Assembly (NCBI GenBank): GCA_002633005.1
Contig: NMRA01000432.1
Location: 64,942-128,941 of the forward strand
DNA from: Phoronis australis
Lineage: Eukaryota > Animalia > Phoronida
DNA length: 64,000 nt
Reading direction: 5' to 3'
The notes under the pieces are model-generated. The model was not told the DNA's origin, searched no databases, and saw only the letters and a list, made by a program, of their open reading frames with translations. The position numbers and the translations under genes are program-made. This document shows positions 12,891 through 25,604 of this stretch, piece after piece (within the stretch, counting starts at the first letter, position 1; each line of letters opens with the position of its first letter).

Positions 12891-12954
12891 GCCAAGTTCC
12901 TTCAGCAGCTGCCAGTACATGTAGGCATACGACTGCAAAACCTGTAAAATACAT
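12891..12954 (-). CDS. Signal-peptide exon of the WSC-Ig gene
   Basis: MYFTGFAVVCLHVLAAAEGTW followed by a phase-1 gtaagt donor. An internal acceptor (exon edge 12941) could instead join a candidate upstream exon at 14407-14455 (MKGANCGLSRFVICNP). Confidence 0.65.
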
Positions 12955-13331
12955 AGTTAGAGATCTAGAGATACAAGTTCGAGGCTCATTGTCTTCAGTT
13001 ACGACTGTATTGGAGTAAACTAATGTGGCCTCGTAACAAGGCTTTCTGTACCCTCTGACAGACTCCCACCTATACTGAAAAGTGGCGCTGTGGAAACATG
13101 ATAAACGACACACGGAATTTCGTTCGTGGCCACCAATGCACATGCTTTGTCGGAAATGTACCGATCACATCTCCATCACTTGTACACGACTACTATGGGC
13201 TGTACTTGTGAGGGCTAAAGTCACTCTTTCTGGGTTTTCTTGGTTTTGTTTACTTATATAACTGCCCGTTTTAATAAATTCCAACTATTCAAGTCAAAGG
13301 TCGTCGCCATACTACGTAGCAGTAAACTGAA

Positions 13332-14201
13332 AGGGGTTTCCCAGATTTCAACCAATTTGAATTACTGAATGTTATGACGTTAGTTTCATTACATTAACCA
13401 ATGAGAAGCCATGTTAAACAACATTCCACAGTGCTACCTTTCGTAGCACTGTGAAAGAGTATAGGTTTACCATCGTAAAACAGATATTCCGGAGTCACTC
13501 TCACACCTTCAAAACAGCTGGCCAGTCCAAAAAACACCAACCCAGAACCTTTAAAACAGGAACTCCGGGGATCGGACAGGAAGGACTCCCAGGACCCAAA
13601 CACCACTCCCGCACTTTTGTCAGAGTGTCAATGCGTTGAGTTTAGAAATTTTGATTTCAAATTCCGTTTTAATGATTGATGAGTAGTTAAAGTACACTTT
13701 TTAGGGCAAGAACGGTGAAATTGGTCACGTTGCAGGTCTTTTGAGTAAAGATAGTTAAAGGAATTAATCGATGATGGAACTGGAAAGTCGAAATTATGTT
13801 TTTGTTTTTATTTCTGAAAATATTGTTGGAGAAACTGTTGAGTAATCTGAAATTAACAAAATATTCACCGAGATAACAACGTGTTGAGAGTATAGATTAT
13901 GTTGAAATTCGCCCACAAACAAATTGCACGAGTTTTACCGATAAAAATAATAAAAACAAAATCACTATAATATAAGTGACAATTTTATTAACGAATGCAG
14001 AAAACAATTGGAAAGTACTTGAAGATGCTTTAATTCAAAGTTTGAGGCTACTGTATCGTCGTTTTGAAGGTCGGTTTTCGTGTTTCAACGCTCAAGGTTC
14101 GTGCTTTTTCGGACTGGTTAGCTATTTTGAAGGTCGGGAGTTTGTTTTCTATTCCAGGATATCTGCATTAGACCGGGATTCCGATACCGGTGGAACACCC
14201 T
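13332..14201. mobile_element. Old non-autonomous TIR element
   Basis: Ends aggggtttcccag / ccggtggaacaccct; 13497-13545 is an inverted match to about 14095-14140. Confidence 0.5.
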
Positions 14202-15148
14202 GAGCAGTCGCTGTGCAAGCGGAATGTGATGCAGGTGGCCGGTACACAAACCTGAGAGTTCAACATCAGCGGGCTTTTTCAATAAAGAACCAACTTAGCT
14301 ACAAAGTGGAAAGCGTATGTACTCGATCACATACGACTTTAATCTCTGAGACATGTGACGTCACAGAATTCATTTAAATAAAAATACTAAAGCTGATTCC
14401 ACTCACTCGGATTGCATATTACGAATCTCGATAACCCACAGTTAGCGCCTTTCATGAACCACTTGAATGTCTGGTTACGATTTCTCTAAAGTTCATTTCT
14501 TTAAAACTCTCTGTAGAACAGCCGATGTTCCGGTGACGAAATGTACAGCACTTCACCAATCGTCGCAATCAAAGCCATTAAAACAACTCTCATATTTTTG
14601 AGTTCCGGTTCTTCAAATAGTGGCACCTCGAGTTTAATAATTAAACCTTCAATATTCTTCAAACGTTCTATATCATGTTTATGAAAACGAAATGTACAAT
14701 TTGAGATCTCGTCACTTTGATAGTGCCTCCAGGAAACGATCTTAGATGGCACTCTGTTGAAGATGGCAACTGAGGCGGGTTTGTTCTATGACACCCTCGA
14801 CCCCCTCTACCCACAATCCCCACAAACTCTTCGACCCAGGCCCTGTGGCAATAATTGAATCTTTGCGATTTTTACACATTTTATAATAATATTACGTCGC
14901 TGAGTGACTTTTCCACAAGACTTACCTACATGTACACCCGAATCTGCTCTGGCTCAAGTCTGGAGGTTAAAAATAGAAAGTAGCCTTAAACATGATCTGA
15001 AATACCGGATTGTGAGCGTGCTATGGTTGTCATGGAAATATTTCCACGAGCGGTTTCCAATGGCCCGGTTCTCCTAAACTTAGGGAGAGAGTATGTTAAC
15101 GTGAATGTACATAATTTCACATTTTTATTATCTGCTTTCTGTTGAACA

Positions 15149-15375
15149 TGTATACTCGTTTACAGTATACTCTATGTAAAATTGACGTACTTTTTAGTTT
15201 GTTTTTTCGAACTTTATTTGTTGAAAAAAATATATTCGTGGGTTTCTCGTTCTCTCTCAAAATTGTATACTCGTTTACAATATACTCTATGTAAAGTTGA
15301 CATAATTTTAGTTTGGTTTTTCAAACTGTATTTATTGAAAAAATATATTCGTGGGTTTCTCGCTCTCTCCTAAAA
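15149..15375. repeat. Tandem duplication, about 115 bp x2
   Basis: tgtatactcgtttaca...gggtttctcg occurs twice head-to-tail. Confidence 0.85.
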
Positions 15376-15500
15376 ATCTTGAGTTTGCTATTCACTTAAG
15401 AACAGACGACGGAGACGATTTGGAACGTTGGTTGGTCTTTGATTTGGTTTGGTCGCGTTTTTTTTTTTGCCTTTCAAACTTGCCAAATCAAATCTATTAA

Positions 15501-18500
15501 GAGGCAGTCCATGTAAAAACCAGTAGATTTTCAAAAATCAGTCTATACGTCAAAATTTAAAACAACTTCATTTTTTGTACATGGGTAGGTATCCTAACAA
15601 AAACCCAAATGCCAAATTTTATGCACTCAATGACCCCTAATTTCGCCGCTGGAGCATGATAACATTAATTGGCACAATTGGGCATATTAGAAGTCTCAAA
15701 AACCGCACGTTTTCAGCAACAAAAATTAGTGTGTTACAAAATAGATCAAAAGCTATATTTTGGTGGCTGAAATAACCACCGTATATAGTGCATAATTCTG
15801 TGCCAGTTATTAAAATCTGACTATTTTGTGCTAGACAGGGGAGATAATCCACAGACCACTTTTTGGGGCTAATTTTAGTGGCCATTTTTGTGACCTTCTT
15901 ACTGCCATAAAACACCTTGTAGCCTTATGTGACGTTTTGAACATACAGTTAAAGAGTTATTCTTGATGACTGAGCAATAAAAAATCTTGCCTCAACTTTG
16001 CACTTTAGTGAAAATTGTCTTGCAAAACTGTTTATTTTCATAGTTTGGAAATGACGAGCAGAGTTTACAGACCATTTGAACAAACTTTTAGGCAAGAAGT
16101 CTGCTTTAAATATTTATAGAAACCAAGTCTAAACTCTTTCAAATGAAAACGAGATGTTTTCCAGGTTTATTACGCGGCTAGTATCAAAACTGAACCCGAT
16201 GACCTTTGCCCACTGAGGGAGTCAGTCATTGAGGTTAAGCTTGAGGATATATAAAAAATGTACGTGTAACCCTCTTGTATTCTATCATTTGTTTTACATT
16301 ATCAGGTTAATTTACACACTCTGTAGAACTTTTAAATGGAAATAAATACCTTTAAGATCAAACGAGTAAGAATTGATATCTGTAATGACTGGTTTTGAGA
16401 GAAGCAAGTGCATTTTAAAAAGACAAAATGGCGGACGATGTCGATGGGCCTTCATGTTCCTTTAAAGTTTATTCTGCAAAAAATCCGATGGCAAAAGCTT
16501 TGTGCTTTAGTGAGTTATATCAAAGACACCACTGAACATTTGAGATACAGGAAACTACCTCACAAAGCAAGGCCTGTGCCAGAGTACGGACTCGTACTTC
16601 CCAGAGTCGGTGAATTTCTGACTGAACAGGACCAGTCATGGAAGAGTGAGGTAATTCTGGATGTTACCACTCTGCTCCTCTCCTCCTTAACGTAGCGGCC
16701 TTGTCAAGTTCTACCGGCATTTCTGTTTCGAGATATGTCAATTTAGTGAAAGTCAGAATGGAAAGGATCTCTGTGATCGCAAGATCGCTCCACTCAAACA
16801 ACGTGCAAAGTACTTTGTAGCCGAAGGTAACAATATCATAAACTTTCTGGATTTGAAAGAAGCATTACTTTCCATTGGTCGTGTGAAGGGATGCTATGTG
16901 TATGCATGTTCAGTCAATGTAACAAAGTCTTTTACAAAATACTCAGTTCCTGGTATAAGCACATTCCCAAATTTCCCTAATTCCACCCAAGGAATTCGCG
17001 TGTGGAAATTATTCCATGTAGGTGACGGTAAGTTCTTACAAATACTGAGAAAATGGGAATCCTATTTCTCTAAAATACACTAACATCTCTAGAATGGCGG
17101 ATTTTCAACACCAAGAGGCAAGGTTGGCATCTAGTGAAGAGCCTCAACATGAAAAGTTCCCTTGTACCCAGCAAGGTTACTCGAAATTTTTGCTACCGAC
17201 GCAGAACTAGGTCAGCATTTGGATGTGGGTAACCTCACTGAACATTTACAGAGGGAAACCACGTACGACCACAAAGCACGACAGTGGTCAGAAATGCATT
17301 CAGGTGCAAGAACCGGAGCGTCATTTGAGGCAGCCTCAGAGTACTATTTGGATGAGACGAATCCTGAAGCAATAGGTTAGGCATTGAAAAAGGGTAAAAG
17401 GTCAGCAAGATTTTCAGCAAAGGTTAAGAACATTCTGACGAACATATTCGATGAAGGAGATAAGTCAGGTAAAAACGTTCACACTCGCAAGTGACAAAAT
17501 GGAGAAAACATTACGAGAACCCACTGGGAAAGTGTTTACCTGTGCTGTTAAGTGAATCGCAGATTGGTGGATTTTTTCCAAGTTGTCTGCAGCAATGTTT
17601 ATGACGATGCTATTTCTGCTGAAGATGCTGTTATGTCGTCAGATTTACTGAATGAAGTGGTAAATGAGCTCAACGCTTAGCCTAGTTTTGTAGCATACCA
17701 TTCAAAGATGTGTGATATATGGAGTCGAGACCGTTACTTCTGTTCACTTGATGTCTGTCATGAATGAGTCATTAATAAAATTGTCTCTCGTGAATTATTT
17801 TCTATTGACTGTGAATGTGTACCTTTTTATACCACTGATGATCACAGTGGCAGAAATATTCAGCGTTAGGGTGCCCGGTGTGTGGGGGGTGGAACACCAG
17901 GTTTCTGGCGACTGGTGGCGACTAAAATTTCTAGCAACCAGCAGGGACATCACAATATGAACCCAAAGTTACAATGACTATTTGCACTAAACACTAGGGG
18001 GGCATATCCACCTTGGGTGCCTTCCTTTGCATGTGGCACGAACAAGGTAGATAGAAAACAAGGCAGGGGTGAGTTCAGTAACACTAGAACCTCTCTAAAA
18101 TTTATCCAAAACCACGTGTTCTCATTTAGAATGCAGAGCAATATCTCGCGAAGTTTTGAATTATAGCAAGGTCCTTGTGTTACTGCTCTTATTCTAGATG
18201 CGTCTTCAGTCTCCACGTAACCAAAAGCAGCGCCATCTATCATTTAGAAGCACGCATGCCTATTGATTTATGTAAATGTTTTTTGTTATAAGCAATAATC
18301 ATCAATGCCGTTTTCAGAGAATGGTAATTAATTATGCAGTCTGCCTTTTCTCCAAAATACAAGGTTTTTATGTCGTGTTTCGCAAGCTAATTATATGTTC
18401 CAAGAGCTCCCTATTGGCAGCAGAGGCGATTGAGAACATGCAAAAGGACGAAGTGCAGTTCGTGTAATGCTTCGTACGCAAAAACTACATTAGAGGCAAG

Positions 18501-18973
18501 ATTTTTTATTTTAGATTATGAACAGGTTAGGAATGACTGAACAAATTATTATAAAGTCAATTTCAGGAAAGGTGCGTTATGGCTGCTACAGAGTGCCAAA
18601 TTTGGCCGAAAATGGCTTCAGTGAAAACCTGAAAAATAGCCATTTTTGCCTCACAAATTCGAAACGTACAAATTTAAAAATGGATTTGAAAGTTATGCTA
18701 TCAAATTATTCAGGCATTGCCCTTTCAATTCGTATTATTCATTTGTTTTTACCTCACCACACATGCTAGTAAAATGCATTCAAACATGTCTACTTCGACG
18801 CCCAATTTTGTTGCAAAATGGAGGTACAAGTCATAAAAAGAAAAATAATGAATGAAAATTCTTAAAAAGTGAGGTTTTTCTACATCTCAACAAGCCAAAC
18901 TCATGTGCTAAGTTTCAAAAAATCGGTGATTTTGGGCATAGACTCTACCTGTTGGTTTTATATGGAGTCACTC
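15501..18973 (+). mobile_element. Decayed Sola3-like DNA transposon
   Basis: TTAA|GAG...CTC|TTAA ends with diverged TIRs (gaggcagtccatgtaaaaacc / ggttttatatggagtcactc) and an internal transposase remnant. Confidence 0.72.
16600..17680 (+). pseudogene. Frameshifted Sola3-type DDE transposase remnant
   Basis: Pieces GNSGCYHSAPLL, SESQNGKDLCDRKIAPLK, EGNNIINFLDLKEALLSIGRVKGC, IRVWKLFHVGDGK and RFSAKVKNIL, broken by stops and frameshifts. Confidence 0.72.
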
Positions 18974-19776
18974 TTAATTGCAAAAAAGGGAAAAGCCAGT
19001 CGAGCTCACGACCATGTTCAGATAGAGTCCAGCTTGTGTAGACTGGGTCGAGGGGGTCGTGAGGGTTGTGGGGTGCCGGGATCGAAGGGGTTTTAGAACA
19101 ATCCACTGACGCGTCTAGAAATACAGCATGTCAATGAAGAGGGGAATATCCATTTATCTCGCAAATATATTCATGCGATTGGGTTTAGCCAAATGACGGT
19201 GCTTTCAAACGCCAGGTTATTACACACCACAAAGTTCAAGACCATATAGTAGGATATTATCAAGGAGTGTACTAGTACTACAACAGTACACTCTTTGATA
19301 TGATATTACAGGGTCAGGGCAGTTTGACATAATATTGATGAAAACGATTTTAAAGAATTTTTTTTTCTTGGCCATATAAATTGTTATCAAACTGCTTACG
19401 GTTATGTTGACACCTCTCCACTTTATCATTGGTTCCATTGTATGCCTTAGTAATATCTACTTTATCTAAAAACGCTTAACATGCTTGTAAACAAAACAGT
19501 TGGAATAACCATTATTGACCAGAACCTGTTCAGTTGACTACTGCTTGGAAATTTTGTTTTGGTTAAAGCAATCACATTTTAGGCTACAAGGAATAATATT
19601 CAACTTGCCTGTCCACGACATTTGTGTTCAACTTCTAGGGACTCTGCACCGTGCAACAAAACCACCAACGGCAACAATAAAAACTGCTCGATTGCTTTCC
19701 CTTGCTCGTGCGCCGCGCGATAACGCCGATTATTGAAATAAAACTGCACGTGCACATGATCCCATGAAAAAGTAAA

Positions 19777-20397
19777 TACCGGGGTTTTCCGTAGATAAGC
19801 CCCTGGGCTTGTATACGGAAAATGAAAATTTCAAGATACTTTAGGAACATCAATAAACGCCCGGGCGTTTATTCGGAAAAGGGGGCGTGTAAACGGAAAG
19901 TCATAATTTTCGCGACGTAAATACCAGCATGAAGCGCTATATGTATTTTTGTAAGTGAAACTTTTATAGCAGCTTATCAATCGCAATATCTGCCCAGCGG
20001 GACAAGAAAATATGTGTGCATCACTCCTAGATCTCCTTCTTACAAAGATGATCGCACCCAAAGTCGTTTAACAGAAAATCTGTGAACTTCGGCCGGCTTG
20101 AAAACTCGGCCACATCGTATTGTGAAAAAAAAAACAGTTCGAGTCAGTTCTGTTAATATAGTTCAGCAACACTTTTCTCGATTTTATAAATAATAAATCC
20201 TCTACAAAACTGAATTTGTTGACTCTAAGTGGGCGTTTAAAAGGAAATTTTCCGAATTAAAGCACCACTATCTAGACACTTGACACGAGAATTTCCAACA
20301 CCAAATAAACGCCCATGGGCGTTTATTCGACATATTTTACCGAATAAATGCACATGGGTGTTTCATCGGGTGGGCTTATCTACGGAAAACCCAGGTA
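19777..20397. mobile_element. Tc1/mariner(pogo)-type MITE
   Basis: TIRs taccggggttttccgtagataagccc / gggcttatctacggaaaacccaggta, TA ends, subterminal aataaacgccc palindromes. Confidence 0.8.
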
Positions 20398-21359
20398 ATA
20401 TATTAGAGAAAATGTTGTTACACATATTGTCTTTGGTCGTAGCTCCAGTCTTTTCATCCTGTGACCATGCCATACCTGGGGTAACTTTATTGTTCATGTG
20501 TGGCTAGAAAAAGAATAATATCGTTTATTACGTCATCCGCCATGTTGGAGGACAAACATTTCAGCATGGTTGTGATATCGTGTAGCAAAGACAAACATTC
20601 ACCATTAAACTGAGTAAATTCTGCCGATAATTTACTCAGTATAATATACAAAACGCACCGGGAGTGGCGTAGATGAAGAAATATCCCACGACACATTATT
20701 CCGCGTATCGACCGAGACCAAAGTTAGAGGTCGATTGGCCTACACGGAATAATCTCGAGTGGGATATTACTGGTACTTCATTTACGCCAATCGAGGTACG
20801 TTTTGTATTAATCCCATATGCTTCGAATTCCTAAGTTTCTTTCATTTTTTCGGCAGATTTTTTAAATACTTCACCCAGACTGTTCACGTCGCGGATCACA
20901 TCATATATGTATATACTTGCGCGTTGGGTTACAAGTTTTCTGTAGTAAACAGAAACAGATTTAAATGTAACGGCTTGTTACTTGAAAGAGATAAAAAAGA
21001 TGGAAACAAAGGTTATTAAGCATTGAACTTGTAACATTTTCTGAAAATAGGTAAATAACAACAGTAGGCCTATTTGATACTGTAGTTACCGAGGAATCTG
21101 TATGCACCTGAGTTGCAGACGATATAATACATTTAACAATGTTCATGTCAAACTAGGGTACTGAAAGTACTTGCAATAATGAACATATTGCAGGTTTTTT
21201 TTTAGTTCAAGTTTAACTCGTGCACCGTTATAGGTACCTCTGAAATTAGTAAAAAGGCACCTCAATAAGAATGCCCCATCTCTCATGTTCCCCCGGTTGC
21301 CCGTCTCTGCGAGCGTGCCTGTGGAAATTGATTATAACATTCCGTTCTCATAAATAAAT

Positions 21360-22110
21360 TCGTTGCTTTCTGATTTACATGTTTATGTATTTACGAAAAC
21401 CGACAGATTCAGTGATGGTTTTTGGCAATTAGAAGCTAATATTTTAAGAAATGATGATGTTTCAGTGAATTTAGTTGCAGCTTGAGTTTGGGAAAACTCT
21501 AAAATCCTATCCCTAAGTAGTAAAGTGCAGCTTGGACGAATTTTGCCTATTTAAAATTACTCTCAAAGACATCGATGAAATTTGGACAGTTCCCAAAAAT
21601 ATACTTACAATTCAATTCAAATGACAATGGATGCATTGCTTTTTGTCTTAGATAGAAGTTTAGTCGTTTAAACTCAAAACAGGGGATAAAAAACGAATTA
21701 TGCCATTAAATCAAGGTAAACGCATTGCTCATGGAATCGATTGTTGGTTCCTGATTTACATGTTTATGAGTCTACGAAAATGGACTAATTGATAAATGAT
21801 TTTTTTGACTATTAGAAGCTAATCTTGTAAAAAATGACAATGCGCTAATGAACTTAGTTGTAGGCTGACACTGGGAAAATTCGATCTTTCATCAGATCCC
21901 CAAATAGCAAAGTACACTAAACTTTTTTTTTCTGAAATAAGTCTCAAGGATATTGACTGAATGTCGGGGCGACTCTACAAAGTGCACCCGGCGAAACGTT
22001 CTCTGGCAATTCAAATGATAATAAATTGTTTGACTTAAGAGCTAGATTAGTGGGTTAAATACACAAACCTTAGATCGAAAAAAAAGAAGTTTAAGTGATT
22101 GATATAATCA
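21360..22110. repeat. Diverged tandem duplication, period about 380 bp
   Basis: tgatttacatgtttatg...ttagaagctaat recurs at about 21371 and 21753. Confidence 0.7.
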
Positions 22111-22665
22111 ATTTAAACTCATTTCCCATGATCTTGGAAGGGGTGTCTTTGCACTATGTAGTAGTCCTTGATGTTTTTAGTTTCCAGTAGTATTGCGCAA
22201 TGAATTTTCGTTTGCTTGCCAGTGGCATGCATATTACCATACAGACGGAGCACGCCAGTCCTGACTGACGGGTGTAAACATGCGGAAGGCCCGCGCAGAA
22301 TCTCACGAGTCCACGGGAATGAACTTGAGCTCCAGGCGCTCAAAAGCCGGTGTACATCAGTTTTGGGACACACTCTGTATCACCCAGACACCAGAACCTG
22401 GTCTACCGGCCGTGTTTCAACAAGGGATTCTGAAACGGCCCCAAAGGCACTATATACCAGGGACCTCGGGACCTCACCTTTCCAAAAAATTTATTCAAAG
22501 AAAGGCCATAGATAATAAAATGAACTTTTCCCGAATGGATCACTATCTTGTTGACCTGGCCAGCGCAGAAGGATCGATAAGGTACGAGCTGCCTGCCTCA
22601 TACGGGAGTTTCCGAATGTCTTACGGGCAAAATTCTGACTCAGTAATATTCTGCTGAGCCCCCCC

Positions 22666-22947
22666 NNNNNNNNNNNNNNNNNNNNNNNNNNNNNNNNNNN
22701 NNNNNNNNNNNNNNNNNNNNNNNNNNNNNNNNNNNNNNNNNNNNNNNNNNNNNNNNNNNNNNNNNNNNNNNNNNNNNNNNNNNNNNNNNNNNNNNNNNNN
22801 NNNNNNNNNNNNNNNNNNNNNNNNNNNNNNNNNNNNNNNNNNNNNNNNNNNNNNNNNNNNNNNNNNNNNNNNNNNNNNNNNNNNNNNNNNNNNNNNNNNN
22901 NNNNNNNNNNNNNNNNNNNNNNNNNNNNNNNNNNNNNNNNNNNNNNN
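22666..22947. other. Assembly gap (N run) just upstream of MLLT10
   Basis: N bases following a poly-C run. Confidence 0.99.
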
Positions 22948-23233
22948 CCTTCGCAATAACTTTTTACTTCTTGCGGGCCTGTCATTTCAATTTACCAGGC
23001 TCAGCGGCCACTTGGGGGCACGTGAGACATGAGAGAGTCCCCGTGAAGAGAATCAGTGCAGCGCTCCTCGCGGACATTTCTGAAACCACCATTCCCATGA
23101 TGCTTGCTGTTCGTAGAGAGCGCATGGGCATGTGGTGTTTCCGGGATGTGATTTGTCCCATTGTGTTCTTTTCTGGAATATCAATGTTTTCGCGCCGACG
23201 AAAATGATTAATTGAGATTTGCATTGTCAAATC

Positions 23234-23351
23234 ATGTCGAAGATGAAAGCCATGGTGGGTGGATGTTGTGTATGTTCCGATGAACGAGGTTGGGCAGAGA
23301 ATCCGCTTGTTTACTGTGACGGGCAGGGGTGTAACGTCGCTGTGCATCAAG
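23234..23351 (+). CDS. MLLT10: AF10 exon 1 (PHD1 start)
   Basis: MSKMKAMVGGCCVCSDERGWAENPLVYCDGQGCNVAVHQ; gtaatt donor. Confidence 0.96.
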
Positions 23352-23434
23352 GTAATTTTGCACCTCGGAAACATTCGTAAATAATGAAAAATACGTTTCG
23401 ATATGTTGTTCATGCTTCTATTTATCTTTTCTAG

Positions 23435-23514
23435 CATGCTACGGCATTGTGCAAGTCCCGACGGGGCCATGGTTCTGCAGAAAGTGCGAGTCACAGGAGC
23501 GCGCTGCACGCGTG
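23435..23514 (+). CDS. MLLT10: AF10 exon 2 (PHD1 end)
   Basis: (A)CYGIVQVPTGPWFCRKCESQERAARV. Confidence 0.96.
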
Positions 23515-23773
23515 GTAAGGCGGCCATTTTGAAGTTACACCTGAATTCGACCGCTATTTATACTGCCATCAGTGATCGAACTTCTCATTTTCTCATGAAC
23601 GTGATTTCAAGTAAGCCGTTCTTTTCATACTGGAAATAGACATCCCACTGCCTTATAATTCAATCAGTTAGAAGTTCAGAAGTAAAAAAGCAGTGAAAGT
23701 AGGTCATGTTTTCACATGGGAGATAATTTTCTGTTGGAATCCCCTGTGTTTATTTTGACATGTCTTCTTCCAG

Positions 23774-23828
23774 AAGTGTGAGCTGTGCCCCCACAAAGAT
23801 GGTGCATTAAAAAGAACAGATAATGGAG
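23774..23828 (+). CDS. MLLT10: AF10 exon 3 (Zn knuckle)
   Basis: KCELCPHKDGALKRTDNG. Confidence 0.96.
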
Positions 23829-24201
23829 GTAATCGTGTTAATTCATTTAAGATATTTTATTAGCATTTCCTCACCAGGCTTACTTTCAAACCATGACTGA
23901 AACCGTTCTTTACAAACAATAACAATTGTAAACCCTGAAGATAACTCCTGATGGAATCTATGGAAATACTGCCAATACACTGTAAGGATTCACGTGAGCT
24001 TTTAAAATTCCAGATTAGTCTGGCAGACACAATCATGACTTCAAAAGCGAGTCCATTGAAAGCTTGAATTTGTTTTTTTTTCAACTGGACAACTTTTAGG
24101 ATTTTTCCAAAAGTTAAACGAATGAAATTGTTAATAAGAAACAGAATCTTCAGTGAATGTTCTGAGCCAGTTTTACTCATTGCTTTGTTGAACATTGTCA
24201 G

Positions 24202-24311
24202 GCTGGGCTCATGTTGTGTGTGGGCTGTACATACCAGAGGTCCGCTTCGGTAATGTGACAACCATGGAACCCATTTTGCTCAAGTATATACCTCACGACC
24301 GATTCACCAAG
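24202..24311 (+). CDS. MLLT10: AF10 exon 4
   Basis: (G)WAHVVCGLYIPEVRFGNVTTMEPILLKYIPHDRFTK. Confidence 0.96.
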
Positions 24312-24494
24312 GTAGGCTATCAGTCTTTCCTCTTAGACTTGTAGTTACAAATTTGTTTGTGTTTTTTTTTTCTCTCTGTACATTGTTACTATTTGCAAGG
24401 AAACCTGACATTGGACACGTGATTTTGGCTTTATTTGACTGTGCAGGCACATTCAGAACACATTCTTTATCTTAAGTACAATCCTCATTTTTAA

Positions 24495-25604
24495 AAGAGT
24501 TCCCACCATGCATTTTCTTAGTTTTTGAGGTTTCATATAGTTAACATGAAATGAATGCCTTGAAATCTAACTAAATAAGCATTTTTGTGCCAAATAGTCA
24601 CATTTTTTTAAATTTGAAGAAAAATTAGTTATTTTCAAGTTTCCTGCCAAAAGATGTAATGGGTGGAAGATGTTTGGTCACTTACCAATCAATTGCATTG
24701 GCGGAACAGAGGAGATCAGAAGACAAGGATGAGTTTGAGCAAGAACTGGACATTTATAATGCTGACAGGGGAGAGTGGATACGGGCATCACACTCAAATA
24801 CTTTAAGAATCAGACAATGAATTCAATTTCCCACTTCATCGGCTTTGAGGCCGTAACTCAACCCTCTTGCTTGAGAAATGTTGCAGACATATGTGAGCCA
24901 CAGCCAACTGAACCAAGGGATGGTCAATATTCGCAAAATAGACACTTGATAATCACTGACAAAAGGCACTGTAAACCTTGGTCACTCATATTCACTATTG
25001 CCATGATGGAATGAGCACAGTCTAAACACAATACATAAGCCAACGTGTCGTAGGGCCGGGGTCGAGGGCCTGGCATCACTCACCCTAGGATGGAAGCAGT
25101 TTGTTCGTTATATATAACATTTGCAAATACATTTACAAAGTGGCGAGTCCTTCATGGTAACGCCGATTTTGTGTTTGGTTGAAACACGATTCTTTGAAAT
25201 GTGCCAAACAAAGTGTGGTTCCGACTGAATCGCATGTTCCACACTGACATTCCACATACTCGTGCGGCGCACAAAGCGATACCATTTCAGCGCAACTTTT
25301 ACGTATTTAGGAAATTTGAACACAGAGACGTTCCCAGTCAAGTTGCTGTCACTACAGCCTCTACAAAAGCACCTTTTCATGTCTGACAAAGGCGGCTCTC
25401 CGCGGCCTTTCCTCACAGCTCCTCACTATAAAAATAACAACGGCGGAGATGGTCTTCCACCCATCACGTACAATTCTGATAACAGAAAAGTATTTTTTTA
25501 AATCTTGGCTTGTTTCTTAGCTACAGGTGTACTGAAGCCTATTTAATCTCTTAGGATGTATTTAAAAAATTCTTTTTGAGACTCAGGGTCATGGTGGGAA
25601 CTCC
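24495..25604 (-). mobile_element. Kolobok-like non-autonomous element with THAP-domain remnant
   Basis: TTAA-flanked TIRs gagttcccaccatg / catggtgggaactc. The minus strand at about 25170-25381 encodes MKRCFCRGCSDSN...VSVFKFPK...WYRFV and, after a frameshift, TLCLAHFKESCF (THAP C2CH pattern). Confidence 0.7.

Larger units (their letters stand above)
175..12954 (-). other. Gene model (3' end outside the window): signal peptide + WSC domain + >=3 Ig-like domains; putative secreted or cell-surface lectin/adhesion protein
   Basis: Seven GT-AG exons join in one open frame (intron phases 1,0,1,1,0,1,1): 12891-12954 (or -12941), 9848-9906, 8833-9082, 6556-6903, 5881-6005, 4911-5109, 175-483. The YGP/RGP inter-domain linkers form only after splicing. 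Confidence 0.8.

Noticed and set aside
14501-14752. 83-aa minus-strand ORF near the WSC-Ig 5' end
   Set aside because: No recognisable domain or splice support linking it to the gene.
22491-22985. ORFs spanning N runs (also 52654-53286)
   Set aside because: Artefacts of assembly gaps.
22982-23527. 181-aa minus-strand ORF
   Set aside because: Antisense shadow of AF10 exons 1-2, with no protein motif.
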